DNA of 64,000 nt from Antedon mediterranea (Eukaryota; Animalia; Echinodermata): contig NC_092678.1 of NCBI RefSeq assembly GCF_964355755.1, positions 12,894,352 to 12,958,351 on the forward strand, read 5' to 3'. Below, in pieces: positions 13,118-25,221 of the stretch. The notes beneath the pieces are model-generated. The model saw only the letters and a list, made by a program, of their open reading frames with translations. It was not told where the DNA came from and did no database searches. Position 1 is the stretch's first letter, and the number at the start of each line of letters is the position of its first letter. The position numbers were made by a program, and so were the translations under genes.

Positions 13118-14526
13118 TCATTCTTCAGTAAGTGTCTAATTTCAGGTTTATAAAAAATTGTTTTTAAATTTTAAAAGTTTATTCAGATAAATGAACATGT
13201 ATTACATGGCAAGCGTATGTTTGGCGCAATCTTTATTGTACATTTCGTATTTTATTCGTATTTATGAATACATGGGTTTATGTTACTGTCATATCCGTCA
13301 CGTTTATGGAATATACAAAGATACAAAAAATAACGAGTTAGGAATTATAACATTATTTCCATTATTAATTCTTTGATACTATACAGTATTTTTTTCTCCA
13401 TTAATAAAAAAATGATTGTTTTAACATTTATTAGTATGGTTATACGTTCAAAACCGTTTACTATTCCAAAAAATAATAAATTTCAGAAAATAGTATGACT
13501 GTCAGTGATGTTTTACAAAATTTTGTTGAACGAATATTACTAACCATTGACATAGTGGAAGAATATGGTTTATATTTCAATTATACCACATAATTGCGTT
13601 CATTACTTAAATATTTTAGGATTTAAAAGGATAAAATTTCCATGTGACGGAGATGAAACCGTGACGGATATGACAAACCTCAAAAATCATGTGACGGAAA
13701 TGACTTTAAGATATGAATATGTTTATTGACCAGAGTCACACAGATATACAATGTAATAACATAATAAAGATAAACAAAACAAAATGTACAACAAAAAAAG
13801 GCCCTGGCAATAACAAAAAATCATATCCGTCACTGGCCGTCATCTCCGTCACAACGAAACATTGGGAAATGTGACGGAGCTGACCGTGACGGAGAACAAA
13901 AATTGTAATTATCAAATGAGTTCTATACCGTTCGGAAATGACATTCAATAAAGGTACGCAACTGTAATTTTCCTAAAACCTCGTTTAATTAGCTTTTTCC
14001 TCTTTTATTGAAAATGATGTGCGGCTAGTTTTATTTCAATATCTTCGCATGTTTACAACGCACAATAAATTTTTCCCCCGTCGTTCATTAAACTGTAGAC
14101 GGCACATTTAAATTATGTGACGGATATGACACAAAACTGCGGGACAAGCTTTTTCCAAACAAAAACTTAAAAATTTGAGAATTAATGTATGTAGAGATGT
14201 ATTTTGAAGAATAAAATCGCATGAAATCATGATTAACTAACTTTTTACAATATTTTAAATAACAAAAGTCCTGTTATCAATATGTATACGACGATCATAA
14301 AATTGAAGATGTACGATCGGGACATGAGGTTTTAGGGGGTTGCCTGAAACATTTTAATAAAAATTAACAATATCAATGTTATTATCTTTGGTTTATGTAA
14401 TTAATAATATTTACAATAATGTTGATTATGATATAAGTCAAGAATTTTTGTTTTTTAATGAATTTTCAGTCTCTATCCCACCAAAGTATCGGGACACGAT
14501 TTTAGACACTTACTGAAGAATGACCC
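13118..14526. mobile_element. Non-autonomous DNA transposon with internal GTGACGGA(T/G)ATGAC repeats
   Basis: TIR TCATTCTTCAGTAAGTGTCTAA / TTAGACACTTACTGAAGAATGA. GTGACGGA motifs recur in both orientations. Confidence 0.6.
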
Positions 14527-15048
14527 TTATAGGTATTCCCTTAGCAAACTTATTGATGCAAGCCATGAATCTTATCTTAGTTAAAAAGGCCAAACTCAAG
14601 CTCTGTCTACATTAATAAAACTTTATGTGACAAAAAAATGTGATGTGAACATTGTTACGGGCTCGCTCGTTAGGCTGAAACCAACAATAAGAACATAACA
14701 AAACACGTTGTAGTTGTCGTCCATCTTTATTCATCTCCCCTCTTTTACTCTAGAGGGCTGACTTCCGTGTGACAAACCCATCACACACCCCCACTTAAAG
14801 AAAGTTTGATATGATTAAACTTATAACTGTTTACTATAACATCTTAAATCTTTTCTTATACAGTAGTTATTTTAACAGGTCGTTGATATGAATTTACTTT
14901 AACTGCTTCTTTAAAATTTCACAAGTTATAATTACTTTAAATCTGTGTATGCCATTAATGCATCACTCTATCACAACTAACATATTATAATTAAATAAAC
15001 ACTTTTAAAATCAACAAAACTTTTAAAATCATTTCATGCATGTTTTAT

Positions 15049-17250
15049 CTAAACTCTTGACAAAGCGTCAGCTACAACATTGTCTTTTCCTCTGATATGA
15101 TGAATTTCCAGATTCATTTCTTGAACTGCTAAACTCCATCTCAACAAGCGTTGTTTCTTGTCTTTCATTCTTGCCAAGAACGTTAATGGGTTGCTGTCAG
15201 TCCAAACTATTATTGGAAACGGAGTAGATCCAAGATACACTTGAAAGTGCTTTAACGCTGACATCAAAGCTAATGTCTCCTTCTCAACAGTAGAATAACG
15301 CTTCTCATGCTGGTTGAATTTTTTCGAGTAGAAACACACAGGCTTGTCAACACCATTCTCGTCTGTTTGCGCCAACACAGCACCAGAACCAACATCACTG
15401 GCATCAATCATCAACGAGAACTGTTTATCAAATTGTGGAGCCATCAAAACTGTTTCGTTTGATAACATCGCTTTAACTTTAATGAACGCATCACTGCATT
15501 CCTCCAACCACACAAAGCTCGCATTCTTTTTCAGCAGATTCGTTAATGGAGCTACAAGCGTTGAGAAACTTCTGCAAAAACGTCGATAAAACCCAGCCAT
15601 TCCCAGGAACCGCATTAACTCCTGCTTACTCTTTGGAACTGGGAAATCACAGACTGCCTTAATCTTAGCACTTAATGGTTTCACTTTTCCGCAACCAACT
15701 TTATGACCTAAGAACCCAATTTCTGCACAGGAAAACTCGCTTTTCAACAAATTTACTGTCAACTTCGCAGCTGCTAACCTGTCAAAAAATGCCTTAATTC
15801 TCTGCACATGGACATCCCATGTATCACTATAAACAACCAAATCGTCTATATAAGCTTCACAGCCCTCCAACCCTGAAATTATACCATTAACCAATCTCTG
15901 GAACGTGGCTGGTGCATTCTTTAAACCGAAAGGCATGACCTTATACTGATAAAGACCCATAGGAGTTACAAAAGCTGACACTTCTTTCGCACGCTCTGTT
16001 AAAGGAATTTGCCAGTAACCCTTTAGAAGATCAAATTTACTGACAAACTTAGCACTACCCACACGATCAATACAGTCGTCTATCCTCGGTATGGGATATG
16101 AATCTGTAGTAGATTTAGCATTAACCTTCCGATAATCAGTACAAAAACGATACGATTTATCTGGCTTCGGAACTAATATACACGGAGAACTCCAAGCACT
16201 GCAACTAGGCTCGATGATATCATTCTTAATCATGTAATCAATCTCATTTTGTAATATCTTCATCTTGAACGGATTTGCTCTATATGGATTTTGTTTTATT
16301 GGTGAACAATCAGCTGTCTTAACATCATGCTCCACTAAGTTTGTTCGACCAGGAACATCCGAAAACAACTGCAGATTTCCAAATATCAAACTAACAATTT
16401 CAACCTTACGATCACGAGATAAATGACCAACTTTCTCTTCAATGTTTGCAAGAACATCTGAATTACTGAACTTAACACATGTATCAGGATCACCAAACTC
16501 TTCAGAATTCTCTTCAACAACACACGTAACTGGTGTTGACGTACAGGTATCAGTATTATTTTTCGCTGTGTATGGTTTCAACATGTTTATATGACACAGT
16601 CGCTTCTTCTTACGCCTATCTGGAGTATCTAACACATAGTAAACTTCTCCTACTCTTTCTAATACTTTGTAAGGACCAGCAAATCTTGCAGATAATGGTT
16701 GACTGGGAAGAGGCAACATAACTAACACTTCATCACCTGAACTAAAGCTTCTCTTTTCTGATTTCCTATCAAACAATCTCTTCATTTTACCCTGAGCCTT
16801 CACAAGATTCTTTCTAGCCATCTCACGAGCACGATTTAATCGATCACGAAATTCAGACACATAGTCTAGTATCGATACAGACTCTTCTGCATTCCCTAAC
16901 AGCCTTTCTTTGACTATTTTAAGAGGGCCTCGGACCGAATGACCATACACCAACTCAAATGGGCTAAACCCTAAGGACTCTTGCACTGTTTCACGAACAG
17001 CGAATAACAATAAGGGAACTCCCTCATCCCATTCCTTTTCACATTGAAAACAATAGGTTTTAATCATATTCTTAAGTGTTTGATGAAATCTCTCAAGTGC
17101 CCCTTGAGACTGTGGATGGTAAGCACTTGAACTTATATGGGCAACACCTAACTGCTCTAAGACTTGTTTAAATATCTTTGACATGAAGTTTGATCCTTGA
17201 TCGGACTGAACAGCTTTAGGCAATCCTACCCATGTAAAGAATTTTACCAA
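15049..17250 (-). CDS. pol: Gypsy pol fragment: integrase core/GPY-F, reverse transcriptase, RNase H
   Basis: SDQGSNF..AYHPQSQGALER (IN), FAGPY, RFCTDYR, MPFGLKNAPATFQ, YIDD (RT), DASDVG..EKE..TD..ADALSR (RH). Confidence 0.92.
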   Translation of the reverse strand: MVKFFTWVGLPKAVQSDQGSNFMSKIFKQVLEQLGVAHISSSAYHPQSQGALERFHQTLKNMIKTYCFQCEKEWDEGVPLLLFAVRETVQESLGFSPFELVYGHSVRGPLKIVKERLLGNAEESVSILDYVSEFRDRLNRAREMARKNLVKAQGKMKRLFDRKSEKRSFSSGDEVLVMLPLPSQPLSARFAGPYKVLERVGEVYYVLDTPDRRKKKRLCHINMLKPYTAKNNTDTCTSTPVTCVVEENSEEFGDPDTCVKFSNSDVLANIEEKVGHLSRDRKVEIVSLIFGNLQLFSDVPGRTNLVEHDVKTADCSPIKQNPYRANPFKMKILQNEIDYMIKNDIIEPSCSAWSSPCILVPKPDKSYRFCTDYRKVNAKSTTDSYPIPRIDDCIDRVGSAKFVSKFDLLKGYWQIPLTERAKEVSAFVTPMGLYQYKVMPFGLKNAPATFQRLVNGIISGLEGCEAYIDDLVVYSDTWDVHVQRIKAFFDRLAAAKLTVNLLKSEFSCAEIGFLGHKVGCGKVKPLSAKIKAVCDFPVPKSKQELMRFLGMAGFYRRFCRSFSTLVAPLTNLLKKNASFVWLEECSDAFIKVKAMLSNETVLMAPQFDKQFSLMIDASDVGSGAVLAQTDENGVDKPVCFYSKKFNQHEKRYSTVEKETLALMSALKHFQVYLGSTPFPIIVWTDSNPLTFLARMKDKKQRLLRWSLAVQEMNLEIHHIRGKDNVVADALSRV

Positions 17251-17283
17251 TGCTTTATAACAACATTCTTAGCTGTAATACGC

Positions 17284-19597
17284 CTAAGAGGAATCGCTTC
17301 TGGACATTATTGTTAATAGATACTCATTTCCATTTTTAGTACGTGGTAATGGACCCACACAATCAACAATAACCCTTGAAAATGGTTCACCGAATGCAGG
17401 AATAGGCTTAAGTGGGGCTACTGGAACCTTTTGATTAGGCTTCCCCACTACCTGACACGCATGACAAGATTTACAATAGTTAGACACATCTTTTCTAAGA
17501 CCTGACCAAAATAAATGCCTGAGAATTTTGTCTACCGTTTTATTGACACCTAAATGCCCTGAAAGAGGATCATCGTGCGCAATACCAATAATATCCTGAC
17601 GGTATCCACTAGGAATAACTATCTGGTGAATCTCATTCCAAACATCACTACTTGGAATATCTGGTGGCCTCCACTTACGCATAAGTATGCCATCCTTTAT
17701 ATTATAACAAACAGGAACAATAGACATTTTCTCTACAGAAAGAGCTTTCTGACCAAATGACACCAAATCAGGATCTTTACTCTGCTCTTCCACTAACCTG
17801 GACCGATTGAGAACTGTCGGACCGAAATCACACACTTTTATGTGCTGTTGTTCAGCCTGGGCAGTGTGTGACTCGGGACCTGAGCAGACAGCCTCTTGGG
17901 AAACGCGATCCGTAATGTCTCCGTAAAAACTATCACATAAGTCAATACTCTCATCCTCATCTATGGTTATATTTGCCATAGATCGCGTCACCGCACATGA
18001 TTGAAACACATGTGATAATTCTTTCTCTAAACACACCGTGCTTTCGTCTTCAACAGGACTCTTGCACACAACCGGTTCTACTGTCACTCTGTCTCCGGCC
18101 AAATCATTCCCCAAAAGGAGGGTGAAACCCCATACTGGAAGACTCGGAATGACACCGACAACAAAATCTCCGCTAACAATATCTGTTTCAATCCGAATTA
18201 CATGAAGTGGGACTTCCTTAAATGAGCACACTTGCTCCAGCAGAAGACTCGTTTGAAAATGACAATGTCGATTCTATTATCAGGGATTGTAACGCCCCTG
18301 TGTCTCTTAAGACACGAACTTTACTCAGATTCACATCGTTGATCAATGCTACAGAACCAGTAGAGAGGAAAGGCTTAAATAGCTTTCGCACTTTTTCCGG
18401 ACCTGAAGATTGGATCAACTTCTCACATTCATCAACGTCATGACTCGCTGTCACTTTCAACGGGACTGTATTTACTAACGTGTTTGGAAGTGATTGGGGT
18501 TTCTTATTATCCCCTTTAGATTTGCTTTGAAACAGCCAGCAATCTGCCTTTATATGACCCTTTTTCTTGCAGTAAAAACAAGTTCTGACAAATTTACTAC
18601 TACTATTAACTGTAGTTTTCTGACTTTGGACCTTAGAATCATCAACAGATTTGGAAACCGATTTGGTATCCACCACCTTGTGCGTGAGCACATAATTATC
18701 GGCAACAGAAGCCGCTTTCATTAAATTATCAACTTTCTGCTCCTCTAGATGTGTACAAACTTCACTTAGGGCAACAAGATTTAAACTCCTCAACTAACAT
18801 AAGCTCACGAAGCTTTTCAAATTCACCCTTTACTCCTTCCGAACTACACCATCTATCAAAAAGAATCTGCTTCTTACGTGCAAATTCTGTAAACGTTTGA
18901 TCATAAGGTTTACCTAAGTTCCTAAATTTCTGACGATACGCCTCTGGAACTAACTCATAAGCTGACAAAACAGCAGTTTTAACCGCATCATAGCCTTCAC
19001 ATTGATCATCAGCCAATGCAGAAAATACCTCTTGGGCTTTACCCACAAGAGCAGTTTGTAACAACACAGTCTAGTAGGCCACTTTAATCTATTAGCAATT
19101 TTCTCAAAAGCTAAAAAATATGTCTCTACCTCGTCCTCATTAAACTTGGGAACCCATTTAATATTCTGAGTAATCTCTGAATCATTAGGTGTAGAAACCC
19201 GTGTGGTGTGACCCATTTGGTTAGCTAATTCTAATTTCCTTAACTCAAATTCATGTTTTTCTTTTTCCATTTCTCTTTGAGTTTGCATCTCTATTTTTCT
19301 TTTTTCAAAAATCAATTTTTCACGTTCCAACTCAATTCTAGCCAACTCGACCTCATTCCCCGCAGTTTTTACGGTAATTAAACCAACATGATTTCCAATC
19401 ACATTTATCAAGTCATATTTATTCATGGAATCATTTATAGATGCTCCAACCCTAGTATCTAGGAGTCGCAAACGCTCCTCTGATAGCTGAGCTACCACCT
19501 CAATGGACATGCTATCCAAAAATTCCTCGTCAAAATCACTTTCTGACATAGTTTCTATTCGAAACAAACAAACAAAAACACAGGTTAAAATAACCAA
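17284..19597 (-). pseudogene. gag: Gypsy gag (CCHC zinc knuckle), protease and integrase zinc finger, frameshifted
   Basis: ORFs 18950-19597, 18762-19067, 18218-18793 (CFYCKKKGHIKADC; LRDTGA) and 17284-18231 (LLGND; H..GHLG..C..C). Confidence 0.88.
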
Positions 19598-19975
19598 TAT
19601 GACGATAATTAAGGCACCAGTAATAAATTACCTGCCAAGCCCACACAGTATTAAACCTACCGTGCGCCGTGGTCTCAATAACTAGACCCCTAAAATCAAA
19701 GCCAAACAGACTTCTACTATCACAGGCAAGCCTACACAAGCCTAAAACAACACCACAGTGTACTGGCTCGACGACCGCCAAACCTCGTTCGTTATAAAAC
19801 GCGCTTCTAAACCTAAAACCAGCTTAGAATAAACAACTAAAATTACCATTAGTTCGATCTACAACTACAATTCCGTACTTTGTTCTCCGATGACCCCCCA
19901 ATTTGTTACGGGCTCGCTCGTTAGGCTGAAACCAACAATAAGAACATAACAAAACACGTTGTAGTTGTGACAAAC

Positions 19976-20817
19976 GGTGACTACTCTTCTTCGCATGCAG
20001 CTAAAGTAAAATGACGTCATGTTAAAGTGGGTCGTCACAGAGTCTCATGCATATAAATGAAGCAAACTTGCTGAGAGTTTTTTCCACCACCACACACACG
20101 CGACGCGAGATTTATCGAAAATATACAACAAAATTATAATTGTTTTCACTGCTGAGGATAATAAATAATATACTTTAATTTTAACATGACAGGAGAGCCT
20201 AGATACTCCCAGTGCGAATACAAAATAATAATAATGTACAATATTAGTATGTATTTTCAAATGCTGAGTGCAAGACCTGAGGCCCGAATTAGGCTAGGCC
20301 TCCTACTGTCTGTAGTTAGTGGCAGCGCAGTGCATACCTGAGAGCTAGGGTGGGTGGGAAGTTAGCTAGTATGCTGGGTTAGTATCTGCACAATGCCACG
20401 CGGTAACGATGAAGGGGAGGATATGGATGGCCTGATAGTGGGTAGTGTACTGTATTTTACTTGTCTTTAGTTAGGCCGCTAGTGAGTAGGTATCATAGAA
20501 AGTCTGTCTATAGGGCTAGGCATCTAAGCAAGCCAAATGGGTCGAATAAACAACTATATTTAATCTGCTTATAAGCCAAATGGGTCGAATAAACAACTAT
20601 ATTTAATCTGCTTCTTTGTTATCTGGAACAATATCGGATTATTTTCTGTACCACTGATCGCACCATCATTAATTAATCACTCTGAAAACATTTTGTAAAA
20701 TCATGAGCGCACAAGAAGCAGAGACAAAACCTCCTTTTGCATATGCATGAGACTCTGTGACGACACGCTTTAACGTGACGTCATTTTACTTTAGCTGCAT
20801 GCGAAGAAGTAGTCACC
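19976..20817. mobile_element. Mutator-like MITE inserted in the Gypsy 5' LTR
   Basis: ~80-bp TIRs GGTGACTAC..GCATGCAGCTAAAGTAAAATGACGTCA. 9-bp TSD GTGACAAAC (19967-19975, 20818-20826). Confidence 0.88.
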
Positions 20818-21469
20818 GTGACAAACCCATCACAACATATATACAAAAGTCTTTATTTTATTGTGTCATGTGATGGCATTCAGGCATATATATATTTTTT
20901 TCTTTCACATCTTTAACACTATAGCTTTATAAATGTTTCATTTTCAACTCCACAAAGTTGTTCATTACTCAATCTTCTTGGAAGTGTTAAAAATTAAATA
21001 GTACTGCAGTCTGTTTTGCTTTCTACGTTGGAAAACGGAACTTTTAGAATTAAAATGTTGATCCGTCAACACATTTAATGATGTTTTATAGCGAATCCAC
21101 ACATATTGCTACATATTAATATTTTTGTTATAAGGAAGTAATCTAGTGTGGTTTAATATTCAAATAGTAAATTCAGTTGGTCTTGCTCCGATGAGTTTAT
21201 AAAAAAGGATTTGTAATAATCAACAAAGCGTAGTGATATTTTCTTTCAATCATGAACTTCAGCTGACGTGTTTGTTTACATTTGACGTAAATACAACTCG
21301 TTTGCTGTCTCAATTGTGAGTATGTCTACCTTTATTTTGTATTATAATTATTGCCTTGTATCTTTGTAATATCACTACCATATTTGGGCACACACTCTTT
21401 TTGTCAAACTAGTTTGATAGTGTAGACAGAGCTTAAGAGCACTATTATCGTGTCAATACAATGATGTTA

Positions 21470-22220
21470 TAGACAGGCAGCCCAGAGACATTTGGTTAGA
21501 TGAGCTAGGTACCAATATCTGATGATTTAACGGTGTTGGGGGTCACTTGAAGTCAATGAAAATGAGAGTCTGCCGGGTACCCCCTGTTGCAGACCGGGGG
21601 ACTCCGAAAGGTGCTAAAAAATCGGCACTGTTTAGATGAGAGAAATACCACCACTTAATTTTACCACCATGAGATGCCCATTGGCATCCTTATACCGGTA
21701 TCACAAACGACAAACAGACAGAGGGCCTAAAATGGGAATAACATAGATGAGTGAGGTACCACTCAAAATTAATGCCAAATGAACAAGTTGTGTTCATACA
21801 ATGCTAAATGGATAACAACAGACTAATTGTCTGCTGCACCTTAAGTGCCAGACACCCTAAAGTTAGACTAGAGACCGCCTTCCCAGCTTAGATATTGTAG
21901 ATATCACCAGCAACCAATGTTATATGATTTAGCACATTGTAAACAATACCAAATGACCTATTACAGACTATCTGTACACTGCCTTGGCCCTGGCAGACCC
22001 TCTAAAGTTCGACTAGAGACCCCATTTACCCATAGTCTACCTTAGATATTGTAGATACCATTAGCAGGAAAAAGAATTTAATTGAATAAAATTTAACTTT
22101 AGTCGAACTAACACAAAACAATTGAAAAGATATCCAATCAATGACAATAAAATGACCATTACGATTCTAAAGGGAAAAATAATGTAAGAGTTACACTTAA
22201 AACTTATATAAGCCAAATAA
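21470..22220 (+). repeat. Dispersed repeat family D, copy 1
   Basis: Starts TAGACAGGCAGCCCAGAGACATTTGGTTAGATGAGCTAGG. Reverse-complement copies lie at 23887-24308 and 31410-32229. Confidence 0.8.
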
Positions 22221-22854
22221 TAAAAACTTTTCAACGTGTGATATGGTTGGAATGTACCTGAAACATATTTTACTGACTAAACGCTGTAGTTTTACAGAAA
22301 TAACTTTAAATACCCTTTTTCTAGGGACAGTACAACATACTGAACTATTTATCTATAGCCTTCTGTACATACAATTTTAAGTTAAAAAAAACGATCTAAC
22401 GGGAGATTTATGAATTATTCTGTAAATTTCTAATTTCTATAAACAGAACATCTCAAGTTCACTGTCAGAGTCATCGCTCCATTCCGGCCCAGAACTTATA
22501 TCATCTTCGTTGGTTTCGCTAACGCTCACAGGTACATCTTCAAAAAGGTTTTCGGGTAATGCCATTCTGGAAACCAGTTTATTGTAAAAGTTATTTATTT
22601 AATCACAAACTTTGTTCAAAATAATGATTAATATACTCTTGTAATAAGCATTGGGCTAGATATGTAGTACTGTATCTATTAAAAAAGGTACTTAAACAAA
22701 ATTAGTATAATCATTTATAATCAGCATTGGGCTACAGTACTTATTGAAAATATTAATATACTCTTCTAATTAAGAATTTGGCTACAACTACAGTTTTTTA
22801 CTTACAAATTGTTAATGTACATTATATATATGACAAGACAATCAATAAATTGTC

Positions 22855-23560
22855 TAGTAACCAAAAACTTCATTTATCTCATATACTGTACTGTAATATT
22901 GTGGCAAACAGTACGTTGGGGAAACAAAAAACACTCTCCGTATGAGAATGACACAACACAGATCAGCTATCAAAGCTTTAAAGCTTGATCAACCTGTAGC
23001 CGAACATTTTAATTCAGCTGGTCACTCGATTGCAAATTTCAGAGTTATTGCAATAGACCACGATGTCAAATGGAGCGACAAAACTCGCAAAGACAGAAAA
23101 CCACTGGGAATTACAACTTAAAACCACAAAACCTTTTGGACTTAACATTAGGAACATACTCCCAGATCGGTAAAATTATTCAATTGACTACCACAATTTA
23201 AGTTTCAATATTAACCACCATTTAAGCTGTTTTTTAGTCTCATTCCAAAAGTGTTTATATCTCTACTACCAAGCTACCTTCTTTGTTTTCTACTCTTATT
23301 CAGACTCCACCCTGGCCCCCCTTGTTATATTTCTTTTATTCCTGTCCACCCAGGCAGCACTTGCCAGCTTTATACTATGACGTTATCCAAATTCCTTCAC
23401 TTGCACTGATGAAGGGCTAATGTTGCCCGAAAGCTCTGCTAACTTTTCTGGCTGTTTGCTTTATCGTTTTGATTTAGCTTTTCGCTTTTTATTTTTGTAT
23501 CTCCATTGAGATCCAGCCACTGATACCTACAGCATTTTCATTTTTTTTTCAGTAATTTCC
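22855..23560 (+). mobile_element. Penelope-like element 3' fragment (GIY-YIG endonuclease + pLTR)
   Basis: Translates across frameshifts as IYLIYC..CGKQYVGETKNTLRMRMTQHRSAI..PVAEHFN..LKTTKPFGLN. A minimal hammerhead follows. Confidence 0.85.
23403..23439 (+). ncRNA. Minimal type I hammerhead ribozyme of the Penelope pLTR
   Basis: GCA-CTGATGA-A-GGGC-TAATGTT-GCCC-GAAA-GC-TC-TGC. Stem I GCA/TGC, stem II GGGC/GCCC, palindromic AGCT in place of stem III. Predicted cleavage after C23436. Confidence 0.85.
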
Positions 23561-23697
23561 CTTTGGATTTATATATGAGAAAAAGAAAACACATTAGGCA
23601 ATGAACATTAATTCGAAACCGCCCGGTGATATATTTAAATTTAATTAATTAATTTGAAAAGATAAAGATGAGGAAATCTGTGACAATGAGAAAAAGT

Positions 23698-23769
23698 CCC
23701 CCCAACCGAGACTCGAACTCGGGCCGCCTGCTTGAAATGCAGATGTCCTAACCATTAGACCACTGGGGC
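23698..23769 (-). tRNA. tRNA-Glu(TTC)-like gene, pseudogene or SINE head
   Basis: GCCCCAG-TG-GTCTAATGGTTAGGAC-A-TCTGC-AT-TTC-AA-GCAGG-..-CCGAG-TTCGAGT-CTCGG-TTGGGGG, followed by a T5 terminator. The 1:72 mismatch and A at position 32 argue against a fully functional tRNA. Confidence 0.7.
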
Positions 23770-23886
23770 TTTCATGGTATTGTTCAAACTCGAGTGGATA
23801 GCGACTCTTTAACATTCCCGGCGTGGTACGGAGGAACAGCACTAGTCCTCAGTTGTACGCACGCGCACATGGGGGGGGGGGGATCT

Positions 23887-24308
23887 CTAGTCTAACTTTA
23901 GGGTGTCTGGCACTTGCGGTGCAGCAGACAATTAGTCTGTGTTATCCATTTACTTGTTCATTTGGCATTAATTTTGATGGTACCTCACTCATGTATGCTA
24001 TCCCAATTTTAGGCCCTCCCTCGGGGAATCTGGCGGGCCTATTGCAGCAGACAAAAAGTCTGTCGTTTGTGATACTGGTATAAGGATGCCAATGGGCATC
24101 CCATGGTGGTAAACTTAGGTGATATCTCTCTCATCTAACCGGTGCCGATTTTTTAGCACCTTTCCGGGTCCCCCCGGTCTAGACGCAGCATGGGGTACCC
24201 AGCAGACTGCCATTTTCATTGACCTTACCAACTTGACTTCAACACACTTAAATCATCAGATATTGGTACCTAGCTCATCTAACCAAATCCCTCTGGGCTG
24301 CCGGTCTA
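23887..24308 (-). repeat. Dispersed repeat family D, copy 2 (partial)
   Basis: Reverse complement of ~21470-21870. Confidence 0.8.
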
Positions 24309-24924
24309 TTTGTTCTTTAATGATCACGACATAATTTCATTTGATTTTAATTAATATTTTTATCATAAAATAAACAGACATAAATGGTTATAGTTCTAGA
24401 ATGAAATCAATTTCGCTTGTTTTATTCATCAATAAAATGTATGTTTATTTATTTGAGATCGTTACCATGCCTTATAGTATTTCAACATAATTATGCTCAT
24501 AAGATGAACAAAGAAACTTCAAACTAGTAACATATTCAGAAGCAAATTAGGTAAATTATGACCTTATTGACGTTTTATAATAATCAATACATTGTTTGAT
24601 ATGTCATACTTGGTAGCCGGTCATCCTGTCTAGTGATGAAGAGTTTGACCACCAGTATTATAGGCCTACTACAAAAACAACATGATACATTGACCAGTTA
24701 ATAATGCATATATTTTTTTATATTTTTTAACATTCTCGACGCTACACAGGGCAAGCAAACATTTATTATTGCTAGTAAACAATGACAGTACAATGAGTAT
24801 ATTTTGCTACTTTCATGTCTGTTTAAATTCAAAGTATGCAAAGTCTAGTACCAACATTACATATTCAACAATGTGTTTGTTATTGTATGTTCTATAATGA
24901 TTTTAACGAAATGTTAAAATCTGC

Positions 24925-25015
24925 CCACAATCTACTTCATCAATTTAAACATAGCCAAAATAATGAAAATGTGTATCACATCAAAATCCATGAGGAGTCT
25001 TCTACATTGTATAAT
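24925..25015 (+). pseudogene. Decayed plexin first-exon fragment
   Basis: LLHQFKHSQNNENVYHIKIHEESSTLY resembles [25 protein letters not shown] of the intact genes. Confidence 0.5.
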
Positions 25016-25221
25016 ATACACTGTTATTCACTGTATGGTATTTATACTTCATTTTACGAAATAAGAAAGAATGAATAGTGCTGTTTAATAATATAACATG
25101 GTTAGAATAATAGCTACTAAATAGGCATACAGATCCGTTGTATTTATTCTCGTATACTGTATTTTACAGTAATTTTAAACATTTTCTTTTATAAGGTAAT
25201 GATGTTCTCTCATCATTAAAT

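Larger units (their letters stand above)
14653..20834 (-). mobile_element. Ty3/Gypsy LTR retrotransposon, Gmr1-type (integrase upstream of RT)
   Basis: TG..CA LTRs at 14653-14785 and 19904-20834 (the latter with a deletion and a MITE insertion). 4-bp TSD ACAT (14649-52, 20835-38). PPT next to 14786. PBS-like TGGGGGGTCATCGG next to 19903. Frameshifted gag-pol. Confidence 0.95.
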
